Source: an uncultured Gemmatimonadaceae bacterium (GTDB lineage Bacteria; Gemmatimonadota; Gemmatimonadetes; Gemmatimonadales; Gemmatimonadaceae). From it: a DNA stretch of 64,000 nt. This document shows, one piece after another, positions 60,640 through 64,000 of this stretch. The DNA is taken from contig CAWHHI010000012.1 in NCBI GenBank assembly GCA_963829055.1, forward strand, positions 416,001 to 480,000. Direction: 5' to 3'. The translations under genes and the position numbers were made by a program. A model generated the notes under the pieces. It did not search any database. It was given only the letters and a program-made list of their open reading frames with translations, and was not told the origin of the DNA. The first letter of the stretch is position 1. The number at the start of each line of letters is the position of its first letter.

Positions 60640-61403
60640 ACCTCGATTTCACCGGCAAGACCGCCATCGTCACCGGCGCCGCGCATGGCTTCGGGCGCGC
60701 CATCAGCGTCGCGTTCGCGCGAAATGGGGCGCACGTCTGGGGCTGCGACCTCATCGACGATGAGCTTCGCGAGACGATGCGGCTCTGCGTCGAGGCCGGC
60801 GGCACGTGCAGCGTGCGAACGGTGGACGTCCGCGACAAGAGCGCCGTCGACCGCTTCGTTGCCGACGCGTCGGCCGCGACAGGCCGAGTGGACATTCTCG
60901 TGAACAACGCGGGCGGTGTGCTGGGCCAGGTCGGTCGCCCACTGGAGGAGATCACACCCGAGCAATGGCAGAGCATCTTCGACGTCAACGTCAGCGGCGC
61001 GTTCTACTTCTCGCAGGCGGTTGCGCCGGGCATGAAGGCTGCACGAAGTGGTCGCATCGTCAACATCTCGAGCGGCGCGGGCCTGGGGATCAGCCTCACC
61101 GGCATCCAGGCGTACGCGTCCGCGAAAGCGGCCCAGATCGGCCTAACGCGGCAGCTCGCGCACGAGCTCGGACCCTGGGGAATTACGGTGAACAACGTCG
61201 CGCCCGGTTTCGTGCGCTCCAACGCCGCGACCGAACGCCAGTGGGAGTCGTATGGCGAGCAGGGCCAACGTGATCTCGTCAATCGCATCGCGCTCAAGCG
61301 ACTCGGCACCGCCGACGACATCGCGTTCGGCGTGCTGTTCTTCGCGTCGGATCAGGCCAACTGGATCACCGGCCAGGTGATCTCCATCGACGGCGGCAAG
61401 TAA
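60636..61403 (+). CDS. SDR family oxidoreductase
   Basis: TGAAHGFG, LVNNAG, NISS, YASAK, VAPG; ATGA overlap with the upstream gene. Confidence 0.93.
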   Translation: MNLDFTGKTAIVTGAAHGFGRAISVAFARNGAHVWGCDLIDDELRETMRLCVEAGGTCSVRTVDVRDKSAVDRFVADASAATGRVDILVNNAGGVLGQVGRPLEEITPEQWQSIFDVNVSGAFYFSQAVAPGMKAARSGRIVNISSGAGLGISLTGIQAYASAKAAQIGLTRQLAHELGPWGITVNNVAPGFVRSNAATERQWESYGEQGQRDLVNRIALKRLGTADDIAFGVLFFASDQANWITGQVISIDGGK

Positions 61404-62785
61404 TGGCTCTCGACCAGGTGCTCGGCGACCTTCGCGCGAACCATGATCGCGCGTTATCGGAACTGATCGAGTTCGCCGCGATTCCCAGCGTCAGCACGGA
61501 CCCGGCGCACGCGAACGACGTGAGCGCGGCGGCAATGTGGGTCGCAGGCCGGCTGGCAGACGCCGGCCCGTTCACGGTGCGGACGCTCCACACGGCCGGC
61601 AACCCGGTCGTCTACGCCGAGTGGCTCGGCGCGTTAGGCAGGCCGACGGTGCTCGTGTATGGGCACTACGACGTGCAGCCGCCCGATCCACTCGAGAAGT
61701 GGGTGACTCCGCCGTGGACACCGACAGAGCGCGATGGACGTCTCTACGCGCGCGGCGTATCGGACGACAAGGGTCCGATGCTGATCCCGATCCTGGTGGC
61801 CGAAGCTTTTTTCAATGCGACGGGTGGCCTGCCGGTGAACGTGAAGTGCCTGTTCGAGGGCGAGGAGGAGGTCGGCAGCCCGAGTCTCGACTCGTTCATC
61901 CGGGAAAATGCCGAGCTGCTCGCGTGCGACGTGGTCCTCTCGGCGGACGGCGCCATGTGGCGCATCGACGAGCCATCACTCACGGTGGCTAGCCGGGGAC
62001 TCGCTGGTCTCGAGCTGACGCTGACGGCGGCATCGAAGGATCTGCACTCCGGACGCCACGGCGGCGCGGTCGCGAATCCACTGCACGCCATGGCGCGACT
62101 GATCGCGTCGTTGCACGACGCGGACGGACGCGTCGCCGTCGCCGGGTTCTATGATCGCGTGCGCGAGCTGACGCCGGCGGAGCGCGCTGACATCGCCGCG
62201 CTGCCGTTTGACGAGGCTACGTACCTCGCGCAGATCGGAGCTCCGTCGGTATTCGGCGAGCCCGGGTACACGACGCTGGAACGTCTCTGGACGCGCCCCA
62301 CGCTCGAGGTCAACGGCATGTGGGGCGGGTACGAGGGTCCCGGCAGCAAGACCGTGATTCCGAGCGAAGCCCACGCGAAGATCACGTGCCGTCTGGTGGT
62401 AGATCAGGATCCGGAGGAGATCGTAGAGCTGGTTCGGCGTCACCTCGTGGCCCACGTGCCTCCGGGAACGCGCCTGTCGATTGCCCCAGGCGATCACGGT
62501 GCACGCCCGGCCCACGTCGACGCCGACAACTTCGCCCTCAAGGCCGCCGCCGAGGCGTTGCGGGACGTGTATGGCGTGCGGCCGCTGGTCGTTCGCATGG
62601 GAGGCACGGTGCCGATCTCGGAGCTGTTCCAGCGGCATATGGGCCGCGACACCGTGTTCTTCTCGTTCTCGACCGCGGACGAGGACTATCACGCACCTAA
62701 CGAGTTCTTTCGCGTGCACCGGCTGCACGAAGGACTGGAGGCATGGGCTCGCCTCTGGGACATCCTCGGTCGATCCGCCGCGTGA
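61403..62785 (+). CDS. M20 family dipeptidase/deacylase
   Basis: YGHYDVQP, ARGVSDDKG, EGEEE, DLHSG, HAPNE. Confidence 0.93.
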   Translation: MALDQVLGDLRANHDRALSELIEFAAIPSVSTDPAHANDVSAAAMWVAGRLADAGPFTVRTLHTAGNPVVYAEWLGALGRPTVLVYGHYDVQPPDPLEKWVTPPWTPTERDGRLYARGVSDDKGPMLIPILVAEAFFNATGGLPVNVKCLFEGEEEVGSPSLDSFIRENAELLACDVVLSADGAMWRIDEPSLTVASRGLAGLELTLTAASKDLHSGRHGGAVANPLHAMARLIASLHDADGRVAVAGFYDRVRELTPAERADIAALPFDEATYLAQIGAPSVFGEPGYTTLERLWTRPTLEVNGMWGGYEGPGSKTVIPSEAHAKITCRLVVDQDPEEIVELVRRHLVAHVPPGTRLSIAPGDHGARPAHVDADNFALKAAAEALRDVYGVRPLVVRMGGTVPISELFQRHMGRDTVFFSFSTADEDYHAPNEFFRVHRLHEGLEAWARLWDILGRSAA

Positions 62786-62807
62786 CTGCCGCGACTCGAG
62801 GTTCCAG

Positions 62808-62897
62808 GTGATCGTTGCCGTGCTGCACCTGATCGCACTCGCCGCGGCCGCGATCGGTATCGTTGCCGTCGACGCGTGGCTGCGCAGGCCCGAGTAG
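62808..62897 (+). CDS. Candidate 29-aa single-TM microprotein
   Basis: GAGGT RBS, GTG start, MIVAVLHLIALAAAAIGIVAVDAWLRRPE*, stop abuts the next ATG. Confidence 0.4.
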   Translation: MIVAVLHLIALAAAAIGIVAVDAWLRRPE

Positions 62898-63473
62898 ATG
62901 TACACCGGCCACGTCGCCATCGCGCTTGGCGTGCGCGGTGTGCGGCGCGACCTGCCGCTGTGGGTGCTCGTGCTCGCGGCCCAGGCTTGCGACTGGGTCG
63001 AGCTGCTCGTGCATCCGCTCACGCCGCGCACGTTCACGGACGTGTACTCTCACGCCTACCCGTTCGTCCTCGCGCCTGCCCTCGCCGTAGCCGCGCTGGT
63101 GTGGATATGGAAACGGTCGGTAGCTGCCGCCGTGATCGTGCTGCTGGTGTACCTCTCGCATCCTCTGGCCGACGTCGTCACGGGCTACAAGCCGTTGTGG
63201 TCAGGCGGTCCGGATGTCGGCCTTCGCATCATCCAGTACCCGGCGGCTGACTTCGTCGTTCAGACGTTGGTATGTCTGCTGGGATGCGCCATCTACTGGC
63301 GATCGCTTCCCCAGACGCGGCGCCGCCAACGGTCGGCGGTGTTGCCGCTCCTGCTGCTCGTGGCCCTTCAGGGGATCTCCGATCTCAGACTCGGGTGGAA
63401 CAAACACCGTCGAGAGAGGCTCAGGAACACGGCGGCGGTGGTGGTAGAAGCTCGACGTGAGCGAGGAGAATAG
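62898..63473 (+). CDS. Membrane protein, membrane-bound metal-dependent hydrolase-like
   Basis: MYTGH, D, YSH, SHPLAD motifs with several TM helices. Confidence 0.75.
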   Translation: MYTGHVAIALGVRGVRRDLPLWVLVLAAQACDWVELLVHPLTPRTFTDVYSHAYPFVLAPALAVAALVWIWKRSVAAAVIVLLVYLSHPLADVVTGYKPLWSGGPDVGLRIIQYPAADFVVQTLVCLLGCAIYWRSLPQTRRRQRSAVLPLLLLVALQGISDLRLGWNKHRRERLRNTAAVVVEARRERGE

Positions 63474-63500
63474 CGCTCCGGTCCGCGGTGGTTGCCGCGG

Positions 63501-64000
63501 CTACGCCGACCGCGGGTGGGCCGTCGGATCGCCGTCGATTGCGAGCTCTGGATGAAGCCGCTGACCAGTGGGACATAACGCGTACACCACACAGCGCCCG
63601 CAGGCCGGCCCACGGTAGTAGCAGCAATGCTGCCCGTGGAGCATCAGCACTTCGTGATTGTCGTATACCTGCTGCGGCGTTAGGCCCGCTGGTAACTGGG
63701 CCTCGAGTACCGCGTGCGACGGCCCTACGCCGAGTGTCTCGGGGATGAGGCCCAGCCGCTGTGCCACTCGATGGTGATGGCTGTCGACCGGGAGCGCGGG
63801 CATCCGGAGACGGCTGAACAGCAGCGTCGCGGCGCTCGTCTTCGGCCCAACGCCCGGTAGCTCCTCGAGCCACTGCCGGGCCTCCGCAACGGTGAGATCG
63901 GCGAGGAAGTCCAGGGACAGCTCCCCGTGACGCCGTGTGATCTCGCGAAGGACGTGCTGGATCCGCGGCGCCTTCTGCTCTGGCCACGTGACGGCCGCGA
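63501..64000 (-). CDS. Endonuclease III-like HhH-GPD glycosylase with FeS motif, 5' end outside window
   Basis: LEELPGVGPKT, LPVDSHHHRV, HGQHCCYYRGPACGRCVVYALC. Confidence 0.9.
   Translation of the reverse strand, partial: AAVTWPEQKAPRIQHVLREITRRHGELSLDFLADLTVAEARQWLEELPGVGPKTSAATLLFSRLRMPALPVDSHHHRVAQRLGLIPETLGVGPSHAVLEAQLPAGLTPQQVYDNHEVLMLHGQHCCYYRGPACGRCVVYALCPTGQRLHPELAIDGDPTAHPRSA

Overview
High-GC (about 70%, estimated by eye) bacterial chromosomal DNA. Gene content and style suggest Gemmatimonadota (inference): ADOP permeases with PadR, many exported peptidases, PAS kinases and a Ser/Thr kinase. About 50 genes can be reconstructed. They include a receptor-less CheB-CheR-kinase-CheB cluster, an ECF sigma/RskA pair, cardiolipin synthase, hslR, PPK2, glk, pgi, a DoxX-VOC pair, several M20/M28/amidohydrolase enzymes, a creatininase-PanE-SDR-M20 operon and an endonuclease III-like gene. 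From about 13 to 52 kb almost every gene, including housekeeping genes, is broken by indels. This is best read as long-read consensus error, so gene boundaries there are approximate. I found no rRNA, tRNA, CRISPR array, transposase or prophage. The strongest unexplained signals are non-coding: (1) a non-palindromic motif (G)CCTAACG, about 51 copies by hand count, on both strands, mostly inside genes and often forcing rare codons; (2) a perfect 72-nt four-way junction at 3106-3177; (3) a roughly 270-bp imperfect palindrome at 1759-2028; (4) a three-copy GTCAT..ATGAC palindromic element family; (5) triplicated tandem repeats at three points in the che cluster.
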